The notes under the pieces: generated by a model
Seen by the model: the letters and a program-made list of their open reading frames with translations, nothing else
Told to the model about the DNA's origin: nothing
Database searches by the model: none
Origin: Oopsacas minuta
Lineage: Eukaryota; Animalia; Porifera
Direction: 5' to 3'
Assembly: GCA_024704765.1 (NCBI GenBank)
Contig: JAKMXF010000299.1
Location: forward strand, 1,340,863-1,404,862
DNA: 64,000 bases
Translations under genes and position numbers: made by a program
In this document: in pieces, positions 50,557 to 64,000 of the stretch
How the letters are laid out: the number at the start of each line of letters is the position of its first letter
How positions within the stretch are numbered: the first letter of the stretch is position 1

Positions 50557-53500
50557 TTTTGCATATTTTCAGAGAAAGTTAGGCTATGATTCAGGAAATA
50601 TATATTTATATAGTATGCAGGTATTCACTGCTAACTCTTCCGCCAAGTATGCCATAGAATGATTTTCGATCAGAATTCTCGAAATGAATCGGCACAAATT
50701 TAATACCATAAATACATTCTATATACCCGAGTAATTATTCTTCTATATTATGCTTGTCATGGTGGGAATTCTATAATATGACACCTAATGCCTGAAGTGT
50801 CCTGCCACTTCTGCCAAGATAATTATTATCCTGAAATTATTCTAACTCCCTATCCATTTGGTTATTTTGCTCTTTAAATTGTTTTCCTATACAGGAACAT
50901 GTTTTACTGCTTGATGTAATTGTCTTACGCACGAATATATCAATTATCGCTCTCTACCTGGTGTGTCATTGACCTTTTCATATGATTGGAGTTCCCTCGG
51001 CCATTTTATGCGAATTCAACCTATGCAATTGTTTTAGGTTATCAACTTTCACGCTTTCTTTTGATATTGATTCAAGCGATTCGTAACTTTGGTTTTCAGG
51101 TAAAAGAGAAAAGACTTCCGTGTTTTGAATGTTTAAATGCCATCAGCTGAAATGTATTAACTAAATAATTTATTTCAATAATCTTTGAAGCAGCTATAGA
51201 CATTGAGAATCCGAAAGTGATATTCACAGCTGTTTACCTTACATTATAAATAATAATCAATTCCACAATGAAATCAGTGAATGGGAAGAATTAATTCCTG
51301 ATAAACGTTAATATGAACAACAGATAGTGTAATTTCTGGACAATGCTAGGGGGAAAATGTAGATCTTCTTTAGTGATCAAGCAAAGAACTCCCATATCGC
51401 TCATAAGCACACATTATTGTATTTCATTAACCTTGGACCTCAATCATAATGTTCCCTTTATTTATTGGTTGTTTATAACCTAAAATTCTGGTAAACATAC
51501 TAGTTGTCCCAAATACTTTTCATCCCAATGTCCAGAAGTCAGTAAAATCTATCTGTATTCTTCTAATAGAAAAACATATCAACTGATATTGCAGCGAATA
51601 TCTCCCGATAAATATATTCCTACTTTATCATTTGGAATTCAAATATTTAACAAATATAGAGAAAAGCTCGGTTCAATTCAAGTGCGATCTCAAGTCACAA
51701 AACTTAATTGATGAAGTATCATTAAATGGTAAAATGGTTGTCTTTGGCGTCTTTGTAATTCTCGACATAATTCATGAATGGAGCAGCGCACAGTAAAAAC
51801 AATTGCTTAAGAGGCGAACTTTCAATTTAAACGCCTTCAATTTATATATTCTGGCTTTAAGATACTACTGAAATCTGCGATTGTCAATTCCGCTTTTCAC
51901 TTCAGACATTCTATCCTTAAGATACTCCTAAATTGCCATCTACGCCAACACTTCAACTGCATATATGTCATGGATTATAACGAAAGCTCAGAATAATATT
52001 CTTGCTAGCCGAACTGAGGCACGAAAAGTGACTGTTCTTCAGCCAAATATAACTCTTCGAATTTTCCAAAGTTCTTATTAGCAGAGGTAATACATAATTA
52101 CAAAAATTATGTTGGAAATATTTGCAGAGAATTATATGCCCATCAAAAACAAAATATGTCTGCTAGCTAGATTGGCTAAATATCGGTATGTCCTAGATGC
52201 TATGGATAAGCTGCCAATCATATTTGGGATTACAAAGAAGCGAAATGTGGAGGGAGTTTATCACTGAGTTCGCAGATCCTCCGTCGATGAGTGATTTGTC
52301 GATCACTTGCAATGTCTAGGTATTAGTCCAACATGTCCCAGAATATTGTGATTGTAGATTGTAAAACCGATAATGGTTTAGCATGGCCATTGAACAAGGG
52401 TTAGAAAGCATCCATCATATAGTCAATGGAATGTGGGATTTGTTTAGAACAAATCAAGAATACAAAATTGCCCTTTTCGATTAAATATTCTAGTGGTTTC
52501 TTACCTTTATCGTTTCCCTTAAATAGGTTCCGGTCTGATCATATAGACAGAAATTGATGGATATTGGGTTGTAGTTATTTGGAAGTTGTTGAAATCAGTG
52601 AACGCGAAGTAGATCAACATTTGGAGGATCACTAAATAGGAGAAATTGCAATTTTAATAAAAGCACTAGCAGTAGTACCAAAGATAGTTCCCATTTAAAA
52701 AAATCTTAATCAGATTCAACTTTTATCACTGATTCTGATTCTTTACTCTCAAATCTCAATTAATCCTGGACTTAATAGTGTTGTGGAAAAAGAAAAGTCT
52801 ATTCCTGAAACTTCTATTTATCACTTATAAGATTAATTATCTTACTGGTTATACAAATCGGACTATATATAGTAATAACGATTGACCGAGAGTTATGAGA
52901 TGAATATTTGGCTTCCGAAACTTGGGTCTTCTGTAAATGTTATATTTTCTTATAGCAATGAGATATTTTTGTTTTACAATATGCGTATATAATACATATA
53001 TATTAGCATACATGTATGAAACAAGATTCTGTAAGATGTTGAGTCATTTGGGAACAATATCCCGTAAGTCTGTAATTCAATTCGAAACCAAATGATCACG
53101 CGATGAAATATTGCAAATAATTTTGATAATCTACAACAAGTGTATGATTTGAATTGGTATTACAGCGGATAGAACTCCAATCATGTGAGAAATCAATGTA
53201 TGCTAGTTAGAGATACATAATTGATATATTCGTGGCTAAGACACAGCAGTAAAATATGTTTCTTATAGGAAAAACATTTTAAAAAGCTAAATGAACAAAA
53301 AACCGAGTTAGAATCTTTTTAAGATTATCAATTTGTCCAAAGTGTCCTGACGCGTCAGACATTCGGTATCATAATTATAGAATTCCCACCATTGGTAAGT
53401 TGTAGATAGAAAACTATATTTACTTTTGTTGATAGAATGTATTTATGGCATCCACTTTTGCTGCATTTGGTTGTACCATTTCTAGCAAAGCGATGGGCCT

Positions 53501-56274
53501 ATAGTCAATATGTTGGAGTTTCGTTGATGTCAGACACACAGTTTTCACACAATATGTTTACGCCGAACTAATGTACTCGTTCAACACCGACTATGATGAA
53601 TTGAAAAAATCATAATTGATGGGGTATGTTCTGAACAAAATATTTGATTCGTATGTTTTGATAAGGGTAAACTAGTTTGGTCATCACAGCATTATTTACT
53701 GGAACCGTATGATAATTCTTTTGCTGGAAATATGTGAATATATGAGTTACAAATTTTCCAGGATATGATAATGACATATCTAGTGAGTTAGAAGCATAAT
53801 CTTACATTTATCATCTCTGCAGATGGGATAATTTTTACAAGATTGAATACAGAAAGGCAATATCGCCTAGAAGACAATAGTAGAAATGAAGCAGATATAC
53901 ATACTTCACTAAAGAATTATCATTGAACACGCATATACTGTTTATAGATTACTACTTTCGAATCAATATCCGAAATTTCTAAACAAGTTGGGTTGGAATA
54001 AGCACGGGATCCCGAAGAGAGTATAGAAATGTATTTTCGGCTACAGTTAATTCGGGCCTCTATAGTATATTAATTCGCTATGGAGAGTATCCCTCTAGTT
54101 TTTATATCAGTAGAACACAACCCACCTAAACAACATATATAAAATCTGATGCTTGATTATTGCTGAAATTCATAAAGGTGACGCCATTATTACGTCAATA
54201 GAGTTAATTTTGGCAACAAAATTAGTTATTTTGATAATATATGGTTGAAGTTTGAATGACACCAGCATGTTATAATTATATATATACTTACATTATATGC
54301 TGAACGTTGAAATTTACTGTTTCATACTAATCAAAAGCAAGTTATGTCTATAGTTTTCAATTCGCCTAATGAATATATTGTTCTATATTTATGATGACTG
54401 ATATTCCTGATAAAGGCTTTTATAGTACAGCGCAATCTCTATAATCGGGTCTCTATAGATATGGAACCTCTATAAGTGAGATTAATTGGGTTCACCTTCA
54501 CTCACTTTCACAGAAACGAACTTCTGTTCCCCGGGGATCGTGGAATAGGGCAAAAATTAAAGATAATTGCAATATTGGGATTTACTACTCGTAAATTGTA
54601 TTACACATTCATATATTCAAAATATCATTTTGTATGAAATTCTGCAGCTCACATATCTTACATAGAGTGTCAAAATCATCAACACTTGATGCCACCCAGG
54701 AACTAAAACAACCAGATTTGTAATATCTTCTTTATCCAGGCGGTTCGAGATGACTCATCAGTGGTAAAAAGCTTATTAAAAGCAATGTTTCCTTATGATC
54801 CTTTCGACTTAAGATTCTGAGCAAATGTAGCTAGTATGACTCGAATACTGCCGCGAATATGTTTCATTTTGTGGTGTCCAAAAGATGCTGAAATCTCGAT
54901 TTTGTGCAGGAATTAGTTAAAACAAAGTGTGAAAAGTTCCTTTTCGTTACGAACTTGACACATTGCTCCTAATTGGTAAATACCAAATAAGGATGAGGGT
55001 TGCTGAATGTCCTCTCTTCTGTAGCCCAACTAGATCATCACCAATGCGATTTGCTTTGATCTTTGGTATTCCTTCAAAATTCTTGGTTTTCGTATGTTTT
55101 GGCTTCTTTAGACGCGTTTTTGCGCGTGACCTATCTATTGTTCTTGATGAAGAATAACCCAAATGGTAGCAGTCTCGAGAATGTCAAAGTTTGTAGGTTG
55201 CTGACTTTATCCACCAATAAAGAATATTGGGGGCTGCTAGTCATAATCTTATATCGATTTTTGAAACTGACAACTCATATTGGCTCTATATATATATATA
55301 GTTGGGAAATTTCGTTTTTATTGATATCTCAAAATCATTAGTATTATTGGCATTTAATATCTTATTAGTGAATGTGAAGTCATGTGTCGGATTTCATTGG
55401 TGATATTGGCGTACTTGAAATGTTTGTGTTTTATGAGTTTGTGCTGTTTTCACCTCTTTGGTCATTATCTTCATGGGAATGTTTATTGGTAGGGATTATA
55501 TTACCTTGGCCGGATGATTTTAGTATTTGTAATTACCAATACACCTAATCTAACTCTACAAACTATTTCCAAATCGAGATGACCTCATCTAATCGGTTAA
55601 TTAGCAATTTATAATACATGCTCCTATTAATTGACTGTTTATCAAGTTATTCAAACTCGGTCAAGTCAATCAATGTATTTATGATTACGAAAATTTCCAT
55701 CGAATTTATGGCCATTTTCATACAAAATTTCAAAATTTCATTTGATAATGTTTTCACGTTTAAGAATATAGTTGCAAAGAATGATGTCACATTTTTTGCT
55801 GATATTCAAAATACCGGACAATCCTTAATTGTATGATAAATTCGTGTGCGAAATATGCAAAAAATATATCCTATTTCTCGTACCCTGATAATTCATTTCA
55901 ATACGATATCTCTGACGATTGACAAAATAATGCTCATATACGTTATAATTTATGACTGCGCAATACTCTTTGGATTATCCAATTAATGGGAATATTTGTT
56001 AATAAATTTGCTAAGTAAACAATCAGATGGCGTTATTTTGACTAGGGAATTTTATAGCGAGACATTATCTGTGTTATTAAATATAACTATCATATTCATT
56101 CGGGCCGAATGTACTATATACTATTGTCGCTATTAATATACATACCCTTTTTGGTTAATGATAAAAGATTTGAAAGCAGCAAATACTCGCTAACCACAAA
56201 TATTTCAACTATGCCAATATCAGCAATGACATCAGAATACAATACTTTCCTTTCAACAATATTATATTCTATAC

Positions 56275-56400
56275 TAGTGGTTCCCAAACCTTTTAGAATG
56301 ATGACCCCTTTGCCAAGGTTTAACGATACCTCCCCCCCCTGTCCCTTCTCAAAAGACATTGTAAAATAGATAGTGGAATTTGTGAACTGAAAATAGGAGT
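56275..56400. mobile_element. Buster/Charlie-type MITE, 5' end only
   Basis: TAGTGGTTCCCAAACC preceded by ttcTAtac (NNNTANNN target). Partner end not found. Confidence 0.45.
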
Positions 56401-56661
56401 CTGAATTTCAGATCACAGATACCCCTCAATGTGGCAAATGTCCTGACGTCATGGTTCTGACCAAAACCTAACTCGTTATTGGATTATTAAGTCATCATGG
56501 CAGTACAAAAAATACTCAAAACTTTCAAATTCGGAATTTCTAAATACATGGGGCACAAAGTTCCGAGATTACTAACCAAAATGGACAACACTACAGAAGT
56601 CATTGAATGTAATTTAGATGGACCATGGATAATTATTTCTTGTCTCGAATTCAAGATACTA

Positions 56662-57969
56662 CGAAGGGCACTCGAAAAGTTTTGTCGTTTGTTATTAAAC
56701 CACACGTATTTTCTAATAAAATTATTTTATATACTTTTAGACGCATACTATTTACCTACACAACAAATTTCATCAGTTTATCTTTTGCACTTTTCGAATT
56801 ACTTGATTTCTAAAATCATGGCTTGTATGATTCCTCAACCAAAATCTGACCTCACAAAACGTGATTTTAGAGCGATGATTTTAATTTTGTTCGAACTTGA
56901 GAAGAGCCGTTTGGAAATACACGAAACTTTGCAGAAGCACTTCCCAAATATAGTTCCTTGTTTGAGAACAGTAGAGCGATGGTACTCAGAGTTCATTCAT
57001 GGAAATTTTATTCTTGAAGATGGTCCCCGTCCTGCTAGGCCTAGTATTACACATACGGTCGAAAATGTAGAGCTGGTGTTGGACGAAGTAACAAAAGACC
57101 CTCATGTTACTTACGCTCAGTTAGAACATGAAATCAAATTGTCACCGGGGAGTATAAACGTCATCTTATATAAAGAGCTCGGTCTTAGAAAGTTATGCGT
57201 ATGTTGAATCCTGAATTCTTTGTCCTCCGATCAGAAAAAGTGCCAAGTGGACTTTTGCAAAATTATGCTCAAAAGATTTGTTAATGGAATTTCTAGAACT
57301 GTTTCTGAAATACTCAAAGGCGATGAGATATGAATATACCACTATGATCCAGAAAAGAAGAGACAATCCAAGGAGTGAGTCGAAGAAGGTGGCTTACCTC
57401 CAACAAACGCCCGGAGAATTAGATCAGTCGGAAAACAGATGTGGGCGATTTTCTTTAGAAGTAGTGGATTTGTTGAAGGAATTGCACTTGAGGATAGGAA
57501 GACAGTCACCGCTGATTGGTATACCACAATATGTCTTCCGAAAATATTCAGTACTATCGAAAAACAACGTGAGAAATCAGGTGTCCGAGGAATCCTGCTT
57601 CACCACAATAATGCTTCATCACATACAGCACTAAGAACTCGTGAGTTTTTAGTGAATTATAGGATCGGAACGCTACCCCACACACCCTACAGTCCAGATC
57701 TAGCCCCTTGCGATTTTTGGTTATTCCCAAAACTGAAAGATCAACTTCGTGGGAGGAGATTTTTCAGCAATGAAGAGTTGACCAGGGCACTTTTCTTAGC
57801 AATTGAGGAGATACCCAAAGAAGAATGGAAAATGTGCTTTGATACCTGGTTTAAACGCATGAAAAGGTGTATAGAGTGTCATGGCGAGTATTTTGAGAAA
57901 TGTGACCATATAGTATTTAATACCTACTATATAAGTATATGAACGATAAAACTTTTCGAGTGCCCATCG
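56662..57969 (+). mobile_element. Mariner transposon, full length, degraded
   Basis: 28-bp TIRs CGA(A/T)GGGCACTCGAAAAGTTTT(G/A)TCGTT with TA TSD. Motifs KRDFRAMI, LEDGPR, LHHNNASSH, YSPDLAPCDFWLFP and HGEYFEK; several stops and frameshifts. Confidence 0.93.
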
Positions 57970-58067
57970 TATTCTTGAATTCGATTCAAGTGTTGCTGGA
58001 GTATATTCTGGTGCCTAGCTACGGATAACATTATAATATCAACCTGATTAATAATTTAGTTGGCCTG

Positions 58068-58900
58068 GGGCCGTATTCACTAAGCATACTTAAGTATGTA
58101 CTTAGTACTTAAGTACTAAGTACATGCTTAAACCGTATTCACTAAGATTTAAGCTCATACTTAAGTACAAAAGTTGAATGCCCTACCGCGGTTGCTTAAG
58201 TTATTCAAGCTCTATTTTAAGTTTCCAAACATATTATATTTATCGATAACATTGATGTGATCACTTCATCACTCGTTTTCTTTGATTAATTCATACTTTG
58301 ATTATAAATTTTGATTTTCTATGATGTTACAATATGACTAAAAGGTATATCTAAAGCTGCTTCTATTGATCTATTTCTCAAATTCTCTACTTTTTATGAC
58401 GGTAATACTCTCTCTGCTCTTCAATCAGCTGTAGTTGAGTCGAGAATACTTCCATCTGTTTAAAGAGCACTTCTCGTTGCAGAGGAAGTAAATCAGAGAC
58501 CGATGTTGACTGTTCAATGCTCCTCTTACGCCTAGGCCTTTCCTCTGGAAGACTTTAAGCTACAGTAACTTCTGGTCCCTTAAGCACTGGCGTTACTTCT
58601 CTGCTTTCGCTAATCTTGGTGTGTGAAGGCAATGGTGTTTGGGCTTAAAATATATCAACTTATTAGTATTATTGGACCAGGGATCGTCTTTCACCATGAG
58701 ATTTTAACTCATCTGTATTCAACGACTGTGAATTTGCAGGACATTCGACCAGGATCATTTCAATCACTAATTTGTCCTACTTGTACTCGTCAGATTAACC
58801 CGAAATTAATATCATTTGGTAGAGGAGTGTTGGATGTTTATTCAAATATAATTTTCTAAATATTTTTTAACTTTTATACTTCTATTTTAGCCATAACGTG
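58068..58900 (-). mobile_element. PIF/Harbinger element end with decayed Myb/SANT-partner-like C-terminus
   Basis: Terminus GGGCCGTATTCAC preceded by CTG (CWG-type target), with ccgtattcactaag and acttaagt subterminal repeats. A minus frame ends LQREVLFKQMEVFSTQLQLIEEQREYYRHKK. Confidence 0.55.
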
Positions 58901-59608
58901 TAAGGTTGCTTCTCTATTAACAAAGACGACTTAAAAGTGAGAATTCGAATCTGAAATTTGTGTCCATATTTCTGGCCCATGGAAGTTCATGAAAATCAAA
59001 TTTCATCCAAAATTTATGTAACTCTAGGAGATACAAGTATTCAAAGTTGATGTCAGAGTTATATTGGAGGAGGTGATTATCATTTTACAAATGTAGGGTC
59101 AGTTCAAATTTATATTTGATGTTCCACTTGGAACTCAAACTATTATATTGTGATAACAATCGATAGCTGAGACATGGACTTATACCATTATGTCGCTATA
59201 ATCAAGAAATTCTGAAAGATACGGTCACAATGGGTTCTAAAATTGGCAAAATTCTCGTGTTTTATGTATTTTCGAAATTTCAATTTAGACTCAAATTTCA
59301 AAAATAATTCATATGCAGAATCGCCTGAAACTTTACAGGCTCCTTCTTTTATATTATACCATTCAATTTCCTTTAGCAACAACAGGGTCGCTAGTACTTC
59401 TCTCATGGATATTCCCATAATATTATTTTGTGAAACTATGTTTGTCCACTTGCCGTATCATTATTCACATTGTCTCGTATAATACTAGACTATCTCATAA
59501 GACTAATAAGTATGACTGTTATTTACGCATAAAGTAACACATGTTATAACTCTTATTTTGTTCCCATTCTAATGTTGCTAGAACAAACGAATAATGCATC
59601 CGCATAAT
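58657..59608 (+). repeat. Left arm of a 952-bp inverted repeat
   Basis: Reverse complement of 60498-61449 (paired coordinates sum to 120106). No mismatch seen by eye; identical mirrored ORFs appear in the track. Confidence 0.97.
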
Positions 59609-60497
59609 ACTGAAATTGCGAATACTATTTTGTTTTTTCTCCACCACTATGAAATACACATATTGACAAATGATCATATATCTACCTCGTTCTTATTGAA
59701 TCATACTTCAGTATTTCTAAAATATTTGTTTAGATTATGTAATGACAAAGACATTACTGTAAGAGATAGTATCGCTGTTGTAGAATTGCTTTGGGATAGT
59801 ACAACATAATATTTTTAATTACGAAACTAGGTTAAAGGCCGCAGCTCGAAATACGTAATATAGATGACAGAATTACAGCATTCAAATTTGCTTTTACAAC
59901 ATTAGCAAGTAAAGTATTAAACATAATTTGAAAAGAAGTTGTGGAAATTGAGAAAGATTTGTAGGGACGAGTGGTCCAAAGGGAAAGGAGCAAATTAAGT
60001 TATATTAATCCATCAAAGAATAAAATACAAACGGTGTTTAGTAGTTTTATTACAAATACGTCACATATCCATCTGAATTCTATAGGATGTTCTAATCTAA
60101 GTATCAACAAAGACATGTTATCCAATATTCTCCTTTTTGTTCTGGGCATGAAATATATTGCCAAAGTGAGATCAAGGTAATTATACATTCCACCTACTAA
60201 TACTTTGGCAGGGAATGATGTAGAACTTAATTAATCAATATTTAATAAGGCATTTATTGACAGAAGAATTATTCATAACAATTGTGATGATTGTTATGAG
60301 TAAACCGGAACGAAAGAATGGAAGAGTTAGAACAGGTAGTCATTTTATCTAAATGTAAATTTAGAGTGGGTGAAGTTACCCGTTTTGAAAACTGTGATAA
60401 CCTCTCAGTTGCATTATCGCGTGAGAATTGTATTTTAATACAAATGTAATATGAAGATTGGACTTAAGAATATTAGATATATCAAAAATGGATGAGA

Positions 60498-61449
60498 ATT
60501 ATGCGGATGCATTATTCGTTTGTTCTAGCAACATTAGAATGGGAACAAAATAAGAGTTATAACATGTGTTACTTTATGCGTAAATAACAGTCATACTTAT
60601 TAGTCTTATGAGATAGTCTAGTATTATACGAGACAATGTGAATAATGATACGGCAAGTGGACAAACATAGTTTCACAAAATAATATTATGGGAATATCCA
60701 TGAGAGAAGTACTAGCGACCCTGTTGTTGCTAAAGGAAATTGAATGGTATAATATAAAAGAAGGAGCCTGTAAAGTTTCAGGCGATTCTGCATATGAATT
60801 ATTTTTGAAATTTGAGTCTAAATTGAAATTTCGAAAATACATAAAACACGAGAATTTTGCCAATTTTAGAACCCATTGTGACCGTATCTTTCAGAATTTC
60901 TTGATTATAGCGACATAATGGTATAAGTCCATGTCTCAGCTATCGATTGTTATCACAATATAATAGTTTGAGTTCCAAGTGGAACATCAAATATAAATTT
61001 GAACTGACCCTACATTTGTAAAATGATAATCACCTCCTCCAATATAACTCTGACATCAACTTTGAATACTTGTATCTCCTAGAGTTACATAAATTTTGGA
61101 TGAAATTTGATTTTCATGAACTTCCATGGGCCAGAAATATGGACACAAATTTCAGATTCGAATTCTCACTTTTAAGTCGTCTTTGTTAATAGAGAAGCAA
61201 CCTTACACGTTATGGCTAAAATAGAAGTATAAAAGTTAAAAAATATTTAGAAAATTATATTTGAATAAACATCCAACACTCCTCTACCAAATGATATTAA
61301 TTTCGGGTTAATCTGACGAGTACAAGTAGGACAAATTAGTGATTGAAATGATCCTGGTCGAATGTCCTGCAAATTCACAGTCGTTGAATACAGATGAGTT
61401 AAAATCTCATGGTGAAAGACGATCCCTGGTCCAATAATACTAATAAGTT
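60498..61449 (-). repeat. Right arm of the 952-bp inverted repeat
   Basis: Same pairing as above; the spacer is 59609-60497 (889 bp). Confidence 0.97.
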
Positions 61450-62622
61450 AAAATCTCACGCAATAGTCCCATATATATTTTTAGTAATATGAGCGGACCA
61501 CAAACGGACTCGGATTCTTTTGAAATTTTGGTTGGAGAATTTCTAAATCAGTTTATAAAATTTCTATTTTAACCACACTAATCTTAGTAGACGCATAATG
61601 CTCACATTGCAGAAATTTTTTCTAATGGAATATTTCCCCAATTTAATTAACATTTTCTACTATTTTATTCTTTGTTTTTCCTTTCCGATATTTTTCCAAA
61701 TTCTTGGACTTAAATGAGGGGTATATTATCTCTCTAAAGGGCCTAGCAACTGAAGCGCGATAGAATTATCAAAATCCAATATTTGACTTCATTTCATGCC
61801 TAGGTTTTCAGGTAATTTTAAGGCCTAGAAAATCAGTATTCGTTATTATGTTGGCCCAAACCTTATATTCTCTGTGTTCGGTTGATTTAACCGAATAATA
61901 TCAGTATTCGTTTACCTATCTTTAATGATTACTGATATTCGTTTCGAACTCTTTCAACCTTGCTCTTTACATACATATATTATTATGTCATGATATGGCA
62001 CATTTTTTTACTTTATCACAGTGCATTTCTCTCATTTGGAATCTAAATTTAACATTATTGTAACTAATCTTCTCAATAATGCAGAAATACAACTCGTTTA
62101 AGTGGGGATATTATAAATCTACATACTGAGAAATCGTGCTTTGTGACAAATTTGTACCTGTTATAGTTTAACTATATTATAATAGCGATCAATCCGACAT
62201 TTCGACCACTCCTTAAACTTACCCTCTACTCTTATTCAATTTTGTATTAATTCATTTCAGAATATCTACCACCCTGACGTCCCTCTTTTTGAACGAAACC
62301 TTATTTCAACCCAAAATACGACCAAATAAGTACTAATTACAATAAAATTTTCAGTATGCCGTTAATTGCATTGTTGGTACCACCCATGCAGTTATTGGTC
62401 CTGTAAGTAGTCAATCCAATTCTCACTGTATCCCACGATAAATTTCATTTTTGCATTTATTATCATTGACTTTATTTCGATCGAATCTATTTATTGTAAT
62501 TGTATGTTTTTGTTAGTGTTTTTATAATCGTACATGCTTTAAATATCTGTCATTTTGTTGGTACGCGGAGAGACCTTGCTAAGAATGTACGCACTGTATA
62601 GAGTTTGACAATCACTTTAGAA

Positions 62623-64000
62623 CAGGGGTTCTTAAAGCTTTAAACCCATGCATCCTTTGACCAATCTGTGAATTATCACGTCCCATACACTTCTTCTGAC
62701 TAACAAATTGGAAAAACACAGCAATTTCTAATATATTTAATAATCTCAATATAGTAAAACAGCTCCATCAATGTTAAGGATGTAACTGTTTTCTTCAACA
62801 TGTCTTTTGATCCTTGGGATTGTCTCAGAGAGAGCACAACGCATGTCATTTTCCGTCCATCCTGTTGCGGTATCTATTCTTTATGTACACTAGTGCCGAA
62901 AATGCAGCTTCACGGAGATATGTTGAAGAAACCCCAACGATCACCCGCAAGGCTAGTAGACTGACCTTATTATATATTTCCAAATATTTGAGCCAGGACT
63001 CCTCTAATGAAAGTCTGTTGAAATCATCCTTTGCAGAAGAGTTGGACTTCATCTCCAAAAACTCTTCCTAAATTTCCTTAGAGCCATCTTCAACATCAGT
63101 CAAAAAGGATTCCGGATGAGCTTCCATTATGAACTCTCTTCTTCAATATCTGGAAATAATCAACAGAATTCAGCTCTAAGCACTTGAAGATAAGTCTGAA
63201 TTAATTGTTTTAAATTATCATCGAGGAGTTTATCATTGAGAGCCACATCAAGGTGTGAAAATGGTCCTGTATATTTCGATCTGAGATTCGACACTTCCAT
63301 AAGTCCAACTTGGTAATAAAAGCTCGAATGGCATCGTCATGATAGATAATATTTCTCTTCTTGCCTCGTAGTTGGCGTTTGCGCTTGTTAAAGGCCTCCA
63401 AGATATCAACCAGGTATGCTAAATATAACTCAAGCTCCCCACAGTGTAAATAGCAAGGAGGTTAAATTTCTTCTGCTCTTCTAATAATACCTTAACTTCA
63501 TCTTTTAATCCATAAAGTCTTCCTAGCATATTCCCTTTTGTAAGCCAGCGTACATTTGTGTGAAACAGTGATGCTTCGTGGTCTACTCCAATGTATGACA
63601 GACGTCAATTATCGTGTATTCAGGGCCCAACCTTTTATGAAGTTAACTATCTTGATCATAGAATTGAGTGTATTCATAAGCTCGACTGGAAGGGTCCGTG
63701 CTGCAAGTGCTTCACGATGAATGACATGATGAGTTCCAACAGCTGAAAGACTCTTCCGTTTGATCTTTGTAACAAATCCAGAATGAGCACCTAACATTGC
63801 TGGAGCTCCATCTGTGCAAACATCAACTGATCTGTCCAAAGAGAGATTGTTTCCTTAAACAATTTTGACACCACAGCAAGAACATTATCTGCTTTAGTAG
63901 TTGTCTCCATTGGGCAACATAATATCGTCTCCTCCTCCAGGGTCCCATTTCAATGAACCGTGCATATACAAGCAATTGAGAGCACTGAGATACATCTGTA
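62623..64000 (-). mobile_element. hAT Buster/Charlie-family transposon relic; runs off the right edge
   Basis: Terminus CAGGGGTTCTTAAA preceded by cttTAgaa. Fragments VCTDGAPAM, THHVIHREALAA, LFHTNVRWLTKG, YLVDILEAFN and STYLREAAFSALVYIKNRYRNRM. Confidence 0.88.

Noticed and set aside
56497-56817. Long N-terminal extension on the mariner ORF 56497-57207
   Set aside because: The frame reads through the TIR from flanking DNA; the plausible start is near 56818.
9250-57380. Recurrent stops at conserved Trp positions in several transposases, suggesting stop-codon reassignment
   Set aside because: Both TAG (9250, 20846) and TGA (36802, 57205, 57376) occur. TGG is one transition away from either, and the same copies carry frameshifts, so ordinary decay explains it.
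58068-58170. Short palindromic repeats resembling a CRISPR-like array
   Set aside because: There are no regular repeat-spacer units; these are Harbinger-type subterminal repeats in a eukaryotic context.
59188-60918. Duplicated 76-aa and 79-aa ORFs as genes; GDSAY as a Harbinger nuclease motif
   Set aside because: They are short, overlap antisense and are duplicated only because of the inverted repeat. The flanking residues do not convincingly match a Harbinger DDE domain.
1-64000. Species assignment
   Set aside because: The TE mix and the divergent SPT16 are compatible with a non-bilaterian animal such as a sponge, but this cannot be established without a database search.

Overview
AT-rich eukaryotic (animal-like) genomic DNA, not prokaryotic. 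The only clearly conserved host gene is FACT subunit SPT16 on the + strand. It appears as three intact, phase-compatible internal exons (14082-14290, 40719-40990, 46061-46325) separated by a 26,428-bp putative GC-AG intron and a 5,070-bp GT-AG intron; the flanking exons were not found and probably lie outside the window. Most of the remaining sequence is decayed DNA transposons from many superfamilies: five mariner copies, a DD37E Tc1-like element, a maT-like element, three Chapaev3-like elements, four RAG1-like Transib pieces, a Ginger element with an OTU-like domain, hAT and Buster elements, a PIF/Harbinger end, a Helitron-like repeat family and several MITEs. There is also a frameshifted BRCT-domain sequence on the - strand and several unidentified decayed reading frames. 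The most unusual structure is a 952-bp inverted duplication (58657-59608 / 60498-61449) in which I saw no mismatch, sitting in otherwise eroded DNA. All family assignments come from recalled motifs; no database search was run.
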